A stretch of 63,449 nt of DNA, the filler included, from Octopus bimaculoides (lineage: Eukaryota): the NCBI RefSeq assembly GCF_001194135.2. It is 5 parts of 4 records of this genome, joined end to end, with 100 filler letters (N's around TTAATTAATTAA, not from the genome) between each part and the next. Parts side by side here need not be neighbours in the genome. Positions count along the whole stretch, not along the records: positions 34,093 to 58,380 come from NC_069008.1; 4 more parts are not named here. One strand, written 5' to 3'. Below, piece by piece: positions 38,985-50,571 of this stretch. The notes beneath the pieces were generated by a model. The model did no database searches. It saw only the letters and a list, made by a program, of their open reading frames with translations, and was not told the DNA's origin. Both the position numbers and the translations under genes were made by a program. Position 1 is the stretch's first letter. Each line of letters starts with the position of its first letter.

Positions 38985-39840
38985 TCAGTTTCAGCTCAAA
39001 GCCGTGGCAATGCTGGGGCACTGCCGTATTGCTATACTTATTATTAAGAGCCTCCTCTGATATGTGGCATATTTTGTGAATAAGGGAGTTTGATGTTACT
39101 GCCCTCATTTGTGCCTCCTGCTGGTGGGTTCATCTGGATCTCTAGACAAGAAGAGATCCATTTTTGTTTTGAAAACATCTACATCTACTTTGTGTAGGTT
39201 CTTCAGTGTCTTTGGGAGAATATGAAACCTAGGCTGTTGCAGTAACCGGTCCTGAAGCACAATGGCATTGTTGGGATCTTTGGCACTGTGCAGTGGTGAA
39301 CTGTTCTGGCATTTGTGCCGTTTCTGCCATCTCACCGTCTTTGTTGCCAATGTCCATATTGTTTGTGAAGCAGAGATCCAATATGTTATTCGGCCTGGTT
39401 GGTCTGAGCTCAATTTTCTCTATGAATGGGGCACTGGTGAGGCTGAGCAGGGACTCGACGACCTGTATTTGTTTACAAAGAGTCATTCCTCAGAGCATCA
39501 GGCCATCGTACCATTTGACACTTGGGAAATTGAAATCACCCATAAGAAAGACACTCACGTGATGTTCCAGTTTCTTGAGGGGTTTCTTTTATTCTTGTGA
39601 AGCAATCTTCAAACTTGCCTGGTGTGGTTTGGAGCATCTAGTGGGCGATGTGTATTGCATATGACTATATTGTGTTGTCTTATGTATATAACATGTCATA
39701 TATTGAATTTGAGTATGACAGTAGGACCTGGGGTGTGAGGTCCTCACGAATGTACAAAGCAACTCCACCATGGGTCCTTTCCCTTCTGCCCATTTGCAGT
39801 ATGGTATATTTTGGTACGTGTACTTCTACATCCTCTATAT
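38985..39840 (-). mobile_element. CR1/L2-like LINE with APE fragment joined directly to the ORF2 C-terminus and 3' tail
   Basis: RPTRPNNILDLCFTNN (end of endonuclease), then NARTVHHCTVPKIP...YCNSLGF / ILPKTLKNLHKVDVDVFKTKMDLFLSRDPDEPT and a SINE-like tail. Homologous to 53800-54290. Confidence 0.8.
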
Positions 39841-39844
39841 AGGG

Positions 39845-39877
<33 letters not shown>

Positions 39878-40214
39878 ATGCAAGAGAGTCAGGGGTTGAG
39901 GATTCAACCCACTATCCAATATACTGCTGGGAGGGTACCCAATTATTGTTACACTAGTGTTATACCAAGTGTAATAAGTGGGAGCGGGTAAAAGCGGGGG
40001 TTGTTTTACCCTAAATTCATATATCAATTAGAAAATGGAGGATAATATGCTGTACCCAACGACTTGCAGACAGTGTATCCCGTTGAATTCATTAACTTAA
40101 TTTGTAACTAAAGTGACATAAAAACCACAAAGTACAAGTGTTTATGACAAACCATGTTATATTGACAACCGGGTTTACAAATAAAAGTACATAAATTTGA
40201 GAATAAACAAACTT

Positions 40215-40343
40215 AATCTTACAGCTGTTTCGGCCTAGCGTTGGCATGCCCAATTCTATCCGAATAGCTCCTGCTGGAGTAATTAGCAGATGAAATGCTG
40301 AAATGGAAGTACATGCACGATTTGCTAGACCTCTTCAGAGATC
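40215..40343 (-). ncRNA. Minimal type I hammerhead ribozyme, probably in a Penelope-like pseudo-LTR
   Basis: Minus strand GATCT-CTGAAGA-GGTCTAGC-[84 nt]-GCTAGGCC-GAAAC-AGCT-GTA-AGATT. It has an intact CUGANGA/GAAA core, an 8-bp stem II with a G-C closing pair, a palindromic stem III loop, a GUA cleavage triplet and a 5-bp stem I. Confidence 0.8.
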
Positions 40344-40869
40344 CACAAAAAATTCCATACAAATATACAGTAAGAGATAAAAACAAAAATGAAATAGAAA
40401 TAAAAACAAAAATAAGGGTATAGCAAGAGTAAAATAAATAAATGAAAAATGAAAATATAACATATAAAAAATATAAATTTATAGGGCACATAAAAAGCCT
40501 ACAAACAGTACATGAGGTCATACAAATAGTTATAGACACTCCAATATATAAGTCCGTGTGCATAACCATACTTAGATGTTCAATGAGTCAAGATCATATA
40601 TATATATATATGTGAGTACACATGTGTGTCTATATACATCTATCCGCTCACACATAGGTATACATCTACAAATATGTATACACAGGCATTCTCCTATGTG
40701 CATGGTCTCTGGTACCATGATACCAACGCTATCTACTGTGTTTCGAAGGCTGTTTATGTTTTGTTTTTTTTAAAAATTTTGCTGAGTGTCAGTTCCGTAT
40801 ATTTTGGATGGGTTTGTGTGGAAGTTCATTTCATAGGAGTTCTTAATATTCTAGTAGCAGTAACAGTGA

Positions 40870-40902
<33 letters not shown>

Positions 40903-41142
40903 TAATATGCCAAACTTTCTAACTTTGTGGTGTAGGATATCCTGTTACTTCTTCCAGCGGGTAATACAGAGGTCCCTACATAATGAAAAGGGCATGGAAG
41001 TAGGGGAGGAGACGGAGAAAATTTGAAAAGAAAGAAAAAAACCAAAATTTTTCGAAAAACATTATTCTCAGACTCATAATTTTCATTACATAAAACAGAA
41101 ATATCAAAAAGAAAAAGTAGTTTACAAAAGAATCCATACAAA

Positions 41143-42315
41143 CTACCCTTTTCTTTTCTCTCCTGTATGAATAAGTTTGTGTTCAGTTAAATGACTATTT
41201 CGAGAGAATGATTTACCACAAAAATCACAATGATATGGCTTCTCTCCTGTATGAATACGTTTGTGCTTAGTTAAGACACTACTATCAGAGAATGATTTAC
41301 CACAGATATCACAGTGGTATGGCTTCTCTCCTGTATGACTACGTTTGTGTTTAGTTAAATCACCATTTTGAGAGAATGATTTACCACAGATATCACATTG
41401 ATAAGGCTTCTCTCCTGTATGAGTAAGTTTATGTCTATGTAAGGTACTACTTTCAGAGAATGATTTACCACAGATATCACAATAATATGGCTTCTCTCCT
41501 GTATGTATACGTTTGTGTGTAGAAATATTACTACTACCAGAGAATGATTTACCACAAATATCACAATAAAATGGCTTCTCTCCAGTATGAATACGTTTGT
41601 GAGTAGAAAGAATACTATTCAGTGAAAATGATTTACCACAGATATCACAATGATAAGGCTTCTCTCCTGTATGAATATGTTTATGTGTAGTTAAGTCATT
41701 ACATTTGGAGAATGATTTACCACAAATATCACAATGATATGGCTTCTCTCCTGTATGAATGTATTTGTGTCTTGGTAATGTACTACTATGAGAGAATGAT
41801 TTACCACAGATATCACAATGATATGGTTTCTCTCCTGTATGAATACGTTTGTGTGTAGAAAGATTACTACTCTGAGAGAATGATTTACCACAGATATCAC
41901 AATGAAATGGTTTCTCTCCTGAATGAATACGTCTATGTTTAGTTAAGTGACCATTTTGAGAGAATGATTTACCACAGATTTCACAGTGATACGGCTCCTC
42001 TCCAGTATGAGTAAGTCTGTGTACAGTTAAGTGACCAGTTTGAGAGAATGATTTACCACAGATATCACAATGATATGGCTTCTCCCGTGAATGAAAACGT
42101 TTGTGTTTAGTTAAGTAGCCTTCGCAGGAGAATGATTTGCCACAGATATCACAGTAATACAGCTTCTTTCTTTTATGAATATGCTTGTGTTCAGTGAGGT
42201 CACTTTTTCGAGAGAAGGACCTTTTACAGGCATCACAGTCATATGACAACTTTCCTGTCTCTTTAATCATGTCTTCACAGGAAATGAATTCTTCAAGCTT
42301 CTCACTCTTTTCCAT
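41143..42315 (-). CDS. C2H2 zinc-finger protein, ZNF gene 2 (390 aa, 13 fingers)
   Basis: Intact ORF: 47 aa through finger 1, then 12 x 28 aa, then TGEKRKG. Confidence 0.95.
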   Translation of the reverse strand: MEKSEKLEEFISCEDMIKETGKLSYDCDACKRSFSRKSDLTEHKHIHKRKKLYYCDICGKSFSCEGYLTKHKRFHSREKPYHCDICGKSFSQTGHLTVHRLTHTGEEPYHCEICGKSFSQNGHLTKHRRIHSGEKPFHCDICGKSFSQSSNLSTHKRIHTGEKPYHCDICGKSFSHSSTLPRHKYIHTGEKPYHCDICGKSFSKCNDLTTHKHIHTGEKPYHCDICGKSFSLNSILSTHKRIHTGEKPFYCDICGKSFSGSSNISTHKRIHTGEKPYYCDICGKSFSESSTLHRHKLTHTGEKPYQCDICGKSFSQNGDLTKHKRSHTGEKPYHCDICGKSFSDSSVLTKHKRIHTGEKPYHCDFCGKSFSRNSHLTEHKLIHTGEKRKG

Positions 42316-42705
42316 TATTTTTCTCCTTGAATCACAATGTGTGTATATATATATATATTGTTCTTGTTTTCCTTCATATAATTCACTCTTTACAAAGAAT
42401 TTGCTATGTACATCATTTTCTTGCAGTCTTCAAAGATGATAAATATTGAGGATGTATCTTCAGTTATCCCAATGTCATATGATGTTCTGAAATAATAAAG
42501 AAACACTGGTGTAAAATATGGAGGCTACTTAAAAAATACAGATTCAAAAGTGGAAAATTTACTTTTCTTCAGAAATAAACATTTACCTGAACAATTGAAC
42601 TTATAATTTGACAATGTTGTTTAGCCCTGAGGCATCTCTAACTGAGCACATTCAGCCTGTCTCTCTAGCATTGTATATCTAGGACTACATTATCCAATAC
42701 AGTCT

Positions 42706-42903
42706 TCAATATATATCCATTTCCTGAAAGTTAAGAGGGAAAAATCGGATCTTGTGAATTTTCTGAAAGTCCTCTCCCCCGCCACAGGTACGTTTGCGCA
42801 AATTTTTTATTTTCGTATTCGTTTTCTAAACAGTTGTTAACACCCAGCAAGCTGGGTTTTTTTCTTCTTTTTTTTTCGTTAACGGGTGAGGATTTTTATA
42901 TAG
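42706..42903 (-). mobile_element. Short insertion shared with ZNF gene 3 upstream region; possible Helitron 5' end
   Basis: Homologous, in gene orientation, to 45732-45890. The minus strand begins TCTATATAAAAA. Not seen upstream of genes 1 and 4. Confidence 0.45.
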
Positions 42904-43087
42904 ACCGATGGTTCCAAGTTCAGTCCCACTGCATAGCACCTTGAACAAGTTATGAGAAAACAAATTCCTATTGGTTTTGGCACACATCTGTACTTGTATC
43001 AAGAAACAAACATTCCATAAATTTTATTAAAGTATTGGATTCTTACTGAACATTTCTGTGATTGGAGTGTACCTCAGAATATCTCTG

Positions 43088-43816
43088 GGTACTATTCAAG
43101 TGTGGTCCCGGTGCGCGCACTCGCGCAAGCGAGTCGTGACTAGTCGATCCTACGACTACCTAGCGCGCGTGTGCGTCATGCGCAAAACATGAATAAGAGT
43201 TTTTTTTCTAAACAAAGTAAATAATTATTTTTAAACGAAGTAAATAAATTATTCACTGCCTGTTTTGGGTAAAGAGTCCATTAAAAAGTCGATCTTTCAA
43301 AATCTACTGTTGTTCAATGGTGTCAGTACATGAGGGACAGTACAAGTAATTATCTTTTGCGTGACCCCAACCAAATTGGTGGACTTGGGCANNNNNNNNN
43401 NNNNNNNNNNNNNNNNNNNNNNNNNNNNNNNNNNNNNNNNNNNNNNNNNNGGAGGATGGGATTGAGAGGATAAAAATAGGTTTTTAGTCTTTGTACCTGA
43501 CCGTTCTTCTGAAACTTATTCAAAAATCTATCAAACCAGGGACGACTATATATTCTGATTGTTGGAGTGCGTCGTACAATGGGATTACTGAAATAGATGT
43601 GACTCCAAAATACACCCTGGAAGAACGTAAAACGACGTTTTAAGATTAAGATGGAGAAGATTCAACAAAAAAAAAAAATTACTTTGTTTTATTTGCTCTG
43701 TTTTAAAAAACCCTCATACATGTTTTTCGCATAAGCGCTAGCTAGTCGTAGGATCGACTAGTCACGACTAGCTAGTGCGAGTGCGCGCACCGGGACCACT
43801 CTTCTTGAATAATACC
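43088..43816 (+). mobile_element. Merlin (IS1016-like) DNA transposon, internally deleted derivative
   Basis: About 100-bp imperfect TIRs starting GGTA(C/T)TATTCAAG and an 8-bp TSD TATCTCTG/TATTTCTG; the empty site is present in the paralogous blocks. Internal translation LSKSTVVQWCQYMRD...QIGGLG [gap] ...FLVFVPDRSSET/LIQKSIKPGTTIYSDCW is Merlin transposase-like. Confidence 0.88.
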
Positions 43817-45039
43817 TATTTCTGAAACTAAAACACTCAACAAAGACGCATAAATCATAGGCATCCTTTTCCCATTGCTAGAAATAGCAGCGAAATCGCA
43901 CACAAATTATAAACATCTCTCATACATAAAAGATGAAGGAGACAAAATAGAAACAAGTCACAACCAGAATGTTTACAAAATTAGATTAAATATTTTCCTT
44001 GTGTAATACTTACGGAAATGTTTCAAAAAGGAAAGTATGTGTATAATAAGTATTAAACGTACTTTAATTGAGTGTGTGAAGTTGAGAAACGTATCAAAAG
44101 TGTTTGTAGAAGTTAATTAAAAGAAATACATGCACGAGAGAAACTTATTTTAAAAAACCAAAACGGAACTACAATCACGGCGCATGCGTATATAGTGTAT
44201 GAAACCCATGGGAGCTAACTCTTGTCCATACTTTTCAGCATAATGCCATTCCTGGTCTGTCTGTCTGTGTAACAAAAATTTCCTTGAACTAGTTTTAGAT
44301 ATTTTATGTGAAGGTAATTCTAAGTAGCAACACTGATTATAATCCTCCTAATAACTCTTACTTGGTGCCAACTTCTACATGTTCCAAGCCAGCTTATATA
44401 AGTCTCCCTGTCTGTCGAGCAACAGACAGCCCCATCGCGGTTCCATTAAGAGCAGGGGACGAAGCGAATGATACTAGCGCTATGAGACACATTCACAAAG
44501 AACATGCAATATATCAATATATGTGAAGGGGCGAAAACAGGATGAGGTAGAAGACTGAAAGCAAATGACCGAGGCTTGTATGGATAGTAACGTCATTGTT
44601 TTCAACCGGTTAAAACACATGTAGTGAAATAGATATACGATGTCACACAAACGTACAGCTGTGTCTGCGCATGCGCGTACATGTTTTGATAGATAGATAG
44701 ATAAAATGTGTGTATATATAGACATACAGACGCATATATATATATATATATACACCGCACAACGCTTTGTTGACAATCCATAGCAGTAATTATTTTCCCT
44801 CAATAGACGTCAGTGATTGGTTGAAATTACCGAAACACGACAATTTTTTTTACATAAAATAACTTCGAATACAAAAATTTTCTATCAGTTCTATAAGACA
44901 AAATATACAAGTATACGAAGTTTGAAAGTGTTTCGGTAGGAAACACACTAAATAAAACATAAATAAAAAGTGGCGTCTGCCAAATCAGAAAGATCCGCCA
45001 ATTGCATACGTATATATATGCGCTTGTGCCTATGTCCAC

Positions 45040-45731
45040 TAATTCATCCTGTTTTCGATCCTTACATATATTGATATATTGCATGATCTTTGTGAATGAC
45101 AGCCTCATTGAGCCAGTATCGATCGCTTCGCTACCAGTTCTTCGTGTAACCACGTTGGGGCTATTTGTTGTTCGACAGACAGGGAGACTTATAAGCTAGC
45201 TTGGAACATGTAGAAGTTGGCACCAGGAATGTTACGAGGATTATAATCAGTGTTTCTACTTAGAATTACATTCACATAAAATATCTAAAACTATTTGAAG
45301 AAAAATTTTGTTACATAGACCAGGCATGGTATTAACCTGAAAAGTACGGACAAGAGTTGGCTCCCATGTGTTTCATATAAAATATACGCATGCGCCATAA
45401 TTGTAGTTCCGTTTTGGTTTTTAAAAGAAGTTTCTCTCGTGCGTGTATTTCTTTTAATTAACTTCTACAAACACTTTTCATACGTTTTTCAACTTCACAC
45501 ACACTCAATTAAAGTACGTTTAATACATATTATACACACACTTTTGACAACTCTTTCCTTTATGAAATATTTCCGTAAGTATTACACCGAAAATATTTAA
45601 TCTTTTAATTCTGTAGACGATCTGGTTGGGACTTGTTTCTATTTTGCCTCCTTCATCTTTTATGCATGAGAGATGTTTATGATTTGTGTGAGATTTCGCT
45701 TATATTTCTAGCAATGGGAAAGGGATGTCGA
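45040..45731. promoter_or_regulatory. Upstream block B3 of ZNF gene 3, inverted relative to B2 (43820-44550)
   Basis: Reverse-complement homology; CGCATGCGC (45387) and TTGTAGTTCC (45401); GTAAGT donor-like site at 45575. Confidence 0.55.
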
Positions 45732-45949
45732 TTAATATAAAGATCTTCACCCGTCAACAAAAACAAAAACAAAAACAAACAGCCTGGTAGGTGTTAACTG
45801 TAGAAAAGGAATATGACCAAAAAAATTGCGCAAACGAACTTCGGGTGGGAGGAGAGGACTTTCGGGAAAATGCATATATATTGTTTTTTTTATTGCGTAA
45901 TCGCCTCAGGTCTAAACAGCAATGTCAAATTGTAAGCTCAGTTGTTCAG

Positions 45950-46048
45950 GTAAATGTTTATTGCTGTAGAAAGGTAAATTTTCCACTTTTGAATCTGTAT
46001 TTTTAAGTAGCCTCCATATATTACACTAATGTTTCTTTATTATTTCAG
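45950..46048 (+). other. Predicted 99-nt 5'UTR intron of ZNF gene 3 (equivalent 96-nt intron 51132-51227 in gene 4)
   Basis: CAG|GTAAAT donor and TTTATTATTTCAG acceptor. Both are conserved upstream of genes 1-4; the acceptor is also present in gene 5. Confidence 0.55.
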
Positions 46049-46209
46049 AACATCATATGACATTGGGATAACTGAAGATACATCCTCAATATTTATCATA
46101 TTTTAAGACTGAAAGCAATTGATGTACTAAGCAAATTCTTTGTAAAGAGTGAACTATAAGAAGGAAAGCAAGAACAATATATATACATTGTGATTTGAGG
46201 AGAAAAATA

Positions 46210-47382
46210 ATGGAAAAGAGTGAGAAGATTGAAGAATTGATGCCCTGTGAAGATATGATTAAAGAGATAAGAAAGTTGTCAAATGAGTGTGATGTCTGTA
46301 AAAGGTCCTTCTCTCAAGAAAGTGACCTAATTGAACACAAACATATTCATAGAAAAGAAAAGCTATATCATTGTGACATCTGTGGTAAATCATTCTCTCA
46401 CAGTAGTAACCTTTCTAAACACAAGCGGGTTCACAGAAGAGAGAAGTCCTATCATTGTGATATCTGTGGTAAATCGTTCTCTCAAAGTAGTAATCTTTCT
46501 ACACACATACGTATTCATACAGGAGAGAAGCCATATCATTGTGATATCTGTGGTAAATCATTCTCTCATAATCGTAACTTAACTGTACACAGACATAGTC
46601 ATACTGGACAGGAGCCATATCACTGTGATATCTGTGGTAAATCATTCTCTCAAAATAGTCAGTTAACTAAACATAAACGTATTCATTCAGGAGAGAAACC
46701 ATTTCATTGTGATATCTGTGGTAAATCATTCACTGACTGTAGTAATTTAAATTCACACAAACGTATTCATACAGGAGAGAAGCCATATAATTGTGATATC
46801 TGCAGTAAATCATTCTCCAGTAATAGTCACTTAACTGCACACATACGTTTTCATACACAGGAGAAGCCATATCATTGTGATACATGTGGTAAATCATTCT
46901 CTCAAAATAGTCACTTAACTGTACACGTACGTATTCATACAGGAGAGAAACCATATCAGTGTGATATCTGTGGTAAATCATTCTCTGATAGTAGTGTTTT
47001 ACCAAGACACAAATGTATTCATGCGGGAGAGAAACCATATCACTGTGATATCTGTGGTAAATCATTCTTTGATAGTAGTAATTTAACTAGACACAAACTT
47101 ACTCATACAGGAGAGAAGCCTTATCAATGTGATATCTGTGGTAAATCATTTTCTCAAAATGGTGATTTAACTAAACATAAACGTATTCATACAGGAGAGA
47201 AGCCATATCATTGTGATATCTGTGGTAAATCATTCTCTAATAGTAGTGTCTTAACTAAACATAAACGTAGTCACACAGGAGAGAACACATATCATTGTGA
47301 TTTTTGTGGTAAATCATTCTCTCGAAATAGTCATTTAACTGAACACAAACTTATTCATACAGGAGAGAAAAGAAAAGGGTAG
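46210..47382 (+). CDS. C2H2 zinc-finger protein, ZNF gene 3 (390 aa from ATG, 13 fingers)
   Basis: Intact ORF. The ATG at 46210 (MEKSEK) is preferred over the upstream TTG at 46195. Confidence 0.95.
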   Translation: MEKSEKIEELMPCEDMIKEIRKLSNECDVCKRSFSQESDLIEHKHIHRKEKLYHCDICGKSFSHSSNLSKHKRVHRREKSYHCDICGKSFSQSSNLSTHIRIHTGEKPYHCDICGKSFSHNRNLTVHRHSHTGQEPYHCDICGKSFSQNSQLTKHKRIHSGEKPFHCDICGKSFTDCSNLNSHKRIHTGEKPYNCDICSKSFSSNSHLTAHIRFHTQEKPYHCDTCGKSFSQNSHLTVHVRIHTGEKPYQCDICGKSFSDSSVLPRHKCIHAGEKPYHCDICGKSFFDSSNLTRHKLTHTGEKPYQCDICGKSFSQNGDLTKHKRIHTGEKPYHCDICGKSFSNSSVLTKHKRSHTGENTYHCDFCGKSFSRNSHLTEHKLIHTGEKRKG

Positions 47383-49069
47383 TTTGTATGGGTTCTTTTG
47401 TAAACTACTTTAATATTCCTGTGATTTATGTAAAATTTCTTTGTTTCCAAATTTTATCCCTATCTCCCCTACTTCCTTGCCCTTTTCGTAATGTAGAGTC
47501 CTCCGTTCCAGAATACCTCCTCCTGCCAACTCTATACATGGTTCTTTATTGAATATCACTTCCACAATTTACTGTATATTTATTAATTTTTCTATACAAA
47601 ACAAAAGAGACTGCAAAGGGAAAGCATAGGGCATAACTACACTTTAGTGCTCCACTACAGACTATTTTCTCATAAATTTCAAGAGTCATGTTTTATATCA
47701 AACTCAGTAAAGGTCTGGATTACAATTATCTTACTAAAATTTGAAGAAAAAATTTCTCAAGGAGAGTGTCATCCTTTTCGACTCCACCTTGGTTTTATCA
47801 GGGATCATAGCTATCATAGCCCAATTGATTAGGAAAAGGGATAGCCTAGGCGAGTGCCAGTAAGGCGAAGTTGGAAACGATTGCGCTTATTACATGTCAC
47901 CGTCATGGAAGCAAGGCCGCTGCTCTGGCAGTGATCTTGCTCGGATGGTGCTGTTAGCACTCCACTGGCACGGGTGCCAGTCATCGAATTTGGTTCTGTT
48001 TCGATCTCACTTGCCCCAACAGGTCTTCGCACGCTGAGTTTAGTGTCCAATTAAGGAAGGTTGGCATGTGTGCCAGTCAACAAATTTGGTTCAATTTTCG
48101 ATTTCATTTTTCTTTCTGTCAGCAAGATTTGGTTGCTGTTTCTAGTAACTCGAGCGACCAGGTAAAGGCTCTCTCATTGCCTCGTCTTGTTCCCTTCGTC
48201 ACTTGTTGTTTAGTCCTCAGTCGGATCTGATTGAACAGATATGATGTCCCAACTGTGACCATTCCATCTTTCTTCCCAGACATAATGGACTCTACGTGTT
48301 TATCACAGGATAGAGGTTTTTCTATTCTGTATATAAGAAAAAGTTTGGCTATGTTTTCTAGCAGGTCATGCAACCACATACAGGCTCCGTCGTTGGTCTG
48401 TCTCAGTAATAATTTTGTTGTAATTTTAGCCTCAGATCAACCCTAATGCAGCAAATCTATGTTGCCATAAAAACATCTCTGGTTATTAAAGAAGGGCTTT
48501 GTTAGGTGAGTGGGTGGACCCGAAAGTTGTTGTTCGCAAACAGCAGCAGTAGTTTTTTTCAGCTGACTACACATCATTAATTGGTTAAAATTACCCAAAT
48601 ACGACAACTTTAACACAAAATGACTTCTAAAATACAAAATTTTGTCAAGAACGTTAAGAGTAAACCCTGTTCTAAGTGACACATTCTACCAGTATCCGAA
48701 GTTTCAAAGTGTTTAGTTAAAAAAAAAATTAATTAAAAAATCTGTTGGTCAGATTGAAAAGATTCCATTTTAGACGGTTTCTAAAGTGGAGTGTTTTTGG
48801 ACCTTGGCTACAGCAATAACTAGTCCACTCATTGTGGATCCTTTCTTTAGGCTTTATTTTTCAGCAGTTTGACATACTTAATAAAAGCAATTTGTTTCAG
48901 ATTTTGTATTTCTTGTGCTGCAAATTTGATATGAAACTGTTCTTTTACATCTGGGAGGAGTCATATTTAAATAAAGCCTAAAAACACACACAGCAGGTGT
49001 TGTTTGTCTGTTTCATTTTTTACATTGCTTTCTTTTCAAAGTACTTGATGTTTGTTTGAGGCCCCATCT

Positions 49070-50250
49070 ATAGTTTTACCAATTTATTTGGCCAATCGAT
49101 ACAGAAAGGAGCCAATTGCATACGTATGTGCTTGTATGTTACATACACACAGCCACACACACATAGTTGTACATGCGTGTGAGTTCCTATATCTGTTCCT
49201 CTTCTTGTGTTCTCACTGAATTAAACAATGGCCGTGCTATCCAAACAAACCTCGGTCGTTTGCTTTCAGTCCACTACCTCATCCTATTTTCACTCCTTCA
49301 CATGTATTGGTATATTGCATGTTCTTTGTGAATGAAAGTCTTATTGAGCTTGTGTCATTCGCTTCGCTTCCAGCTCTTCGTGTAACTGGGTTGGGACTAT
49401 TTGCTGCTTGATAGACAGGGAAAACTTATAGGCTAGCTTGGAACATGTGGAAGTTAGCATCAGGAATGTTAGGAGGATTATAATCAGTGTTTCTATTAAG
49501 AATTACCTTCACATAAAATACCTAAAACTAATTCAAGAAAATTTTTATTACATGACAGACAGTTAAGGAATTGCATTAAGCCAATAAGTACGGACAGGAG
49601 TTAGCTCCCGTGTGTTTCATACAAAATATACGCATGCGCCATACTTGTAGATCCGCTAGAGGGTCTCGTGCATGAATTTCTCTTAACTTCTACAAACACT
49701 TTTGACACTCAATTAAAGTACGTTTAATTCCTATTATACACACTCTTTATAAGAACTCTTTCCCTTATAAAACATTTCCGTAAGTATTACACAATGAAAA
49801 TATTTAATCTTTTAATGCTGTTGTCTCCTTCATCTTTTATGCATGGGAAATGTTTATGATTTGTGTGTGATTTCGCTGCTATTTCTAGAAATAGGAAAGG
49901 GATGTCTGTAATTTATGCGAGATTTGACTGCCATTTCTAGCTATGGAAGGGAGATGTCTATTATTTGTACGAGTTTTGGCAGCTATTTCTAGTTATTGAA
50001 GACAGATGCCTGTGAGGTTTGGCTGCTATTTCTGCCTATGCAAGCCCCCATCTACACTCTCCATTGTTGCCTCGTTAGTCTGTTATATGTTTTAGTTTGA
50101 GAAATATTCTGAAGTACACTCCAATCACTGAACTGTTCAGTAAGAATTCGATACTTTATTATAATTTATGGAATGTTTGTTTCTTGATATAAGTACAGAT
50201 GTGTGCCGAAACCACTAGTAATTTATTTTCTCATAACTTGTTCAAGGTGC
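49070..50250. promoter_or_regulatory. Upstream block B4 of ZNF gene 4
   Basis: Homologous to B0-B3; CGCATGCGC at 49631 and GTAAGT at 49780. Confidence 0.55.
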
Positions 50251-50332
50251 TGTGCTGTGGAACAGAGTTGTAAATTCCATTACTTGAAACAAGGATAAAA
50301 ATTTCAAAGCAAGATATTATCTTACAATATTA

Positions 50333-50571
50333 GGCACTGTCATGGTATTAGCTGTCAGAAGTGGTGTTTTCAAACGCATGGATATAGGTGTCGAATCTAT
50401 TCCAATAACTTTCGAGTGATAGATAGATAGAGAGAGAGAGAGACAGATAGCTCGCTCCAGCCAGTCATGGTATTAGCTGTCAGTAGCCAAAGAATCAACA
50501 CAAACCAGCAGTAATGTTCCTTGTCAGATTTTTCTACTTTCACTTCTGACAGCTAATACCATGACAGTGCC
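50333..50571. mobile_element. 239-bp MITE with perfect 31-bp TIRs and 8-bp TSD
   Basis: TIR GGCACTGTCATGGTATTAGCTGTCAGAAGTG at 50333-50363 and inverted at 50541-50571. TSD CAATATTA at 50325-50332 and 50572-50579. The empty site lies upstream of gene 1 (about 37600-37625). Confidence 0.92.

Noticed and set aside
46195-46209. MRRKI N-terminal extensions of genes 3, 4 and 5
   Set aside because: They start at TTG, and the extension is broken by an indel in gene 1. The shared ATG of MEKSEK is the likely start.
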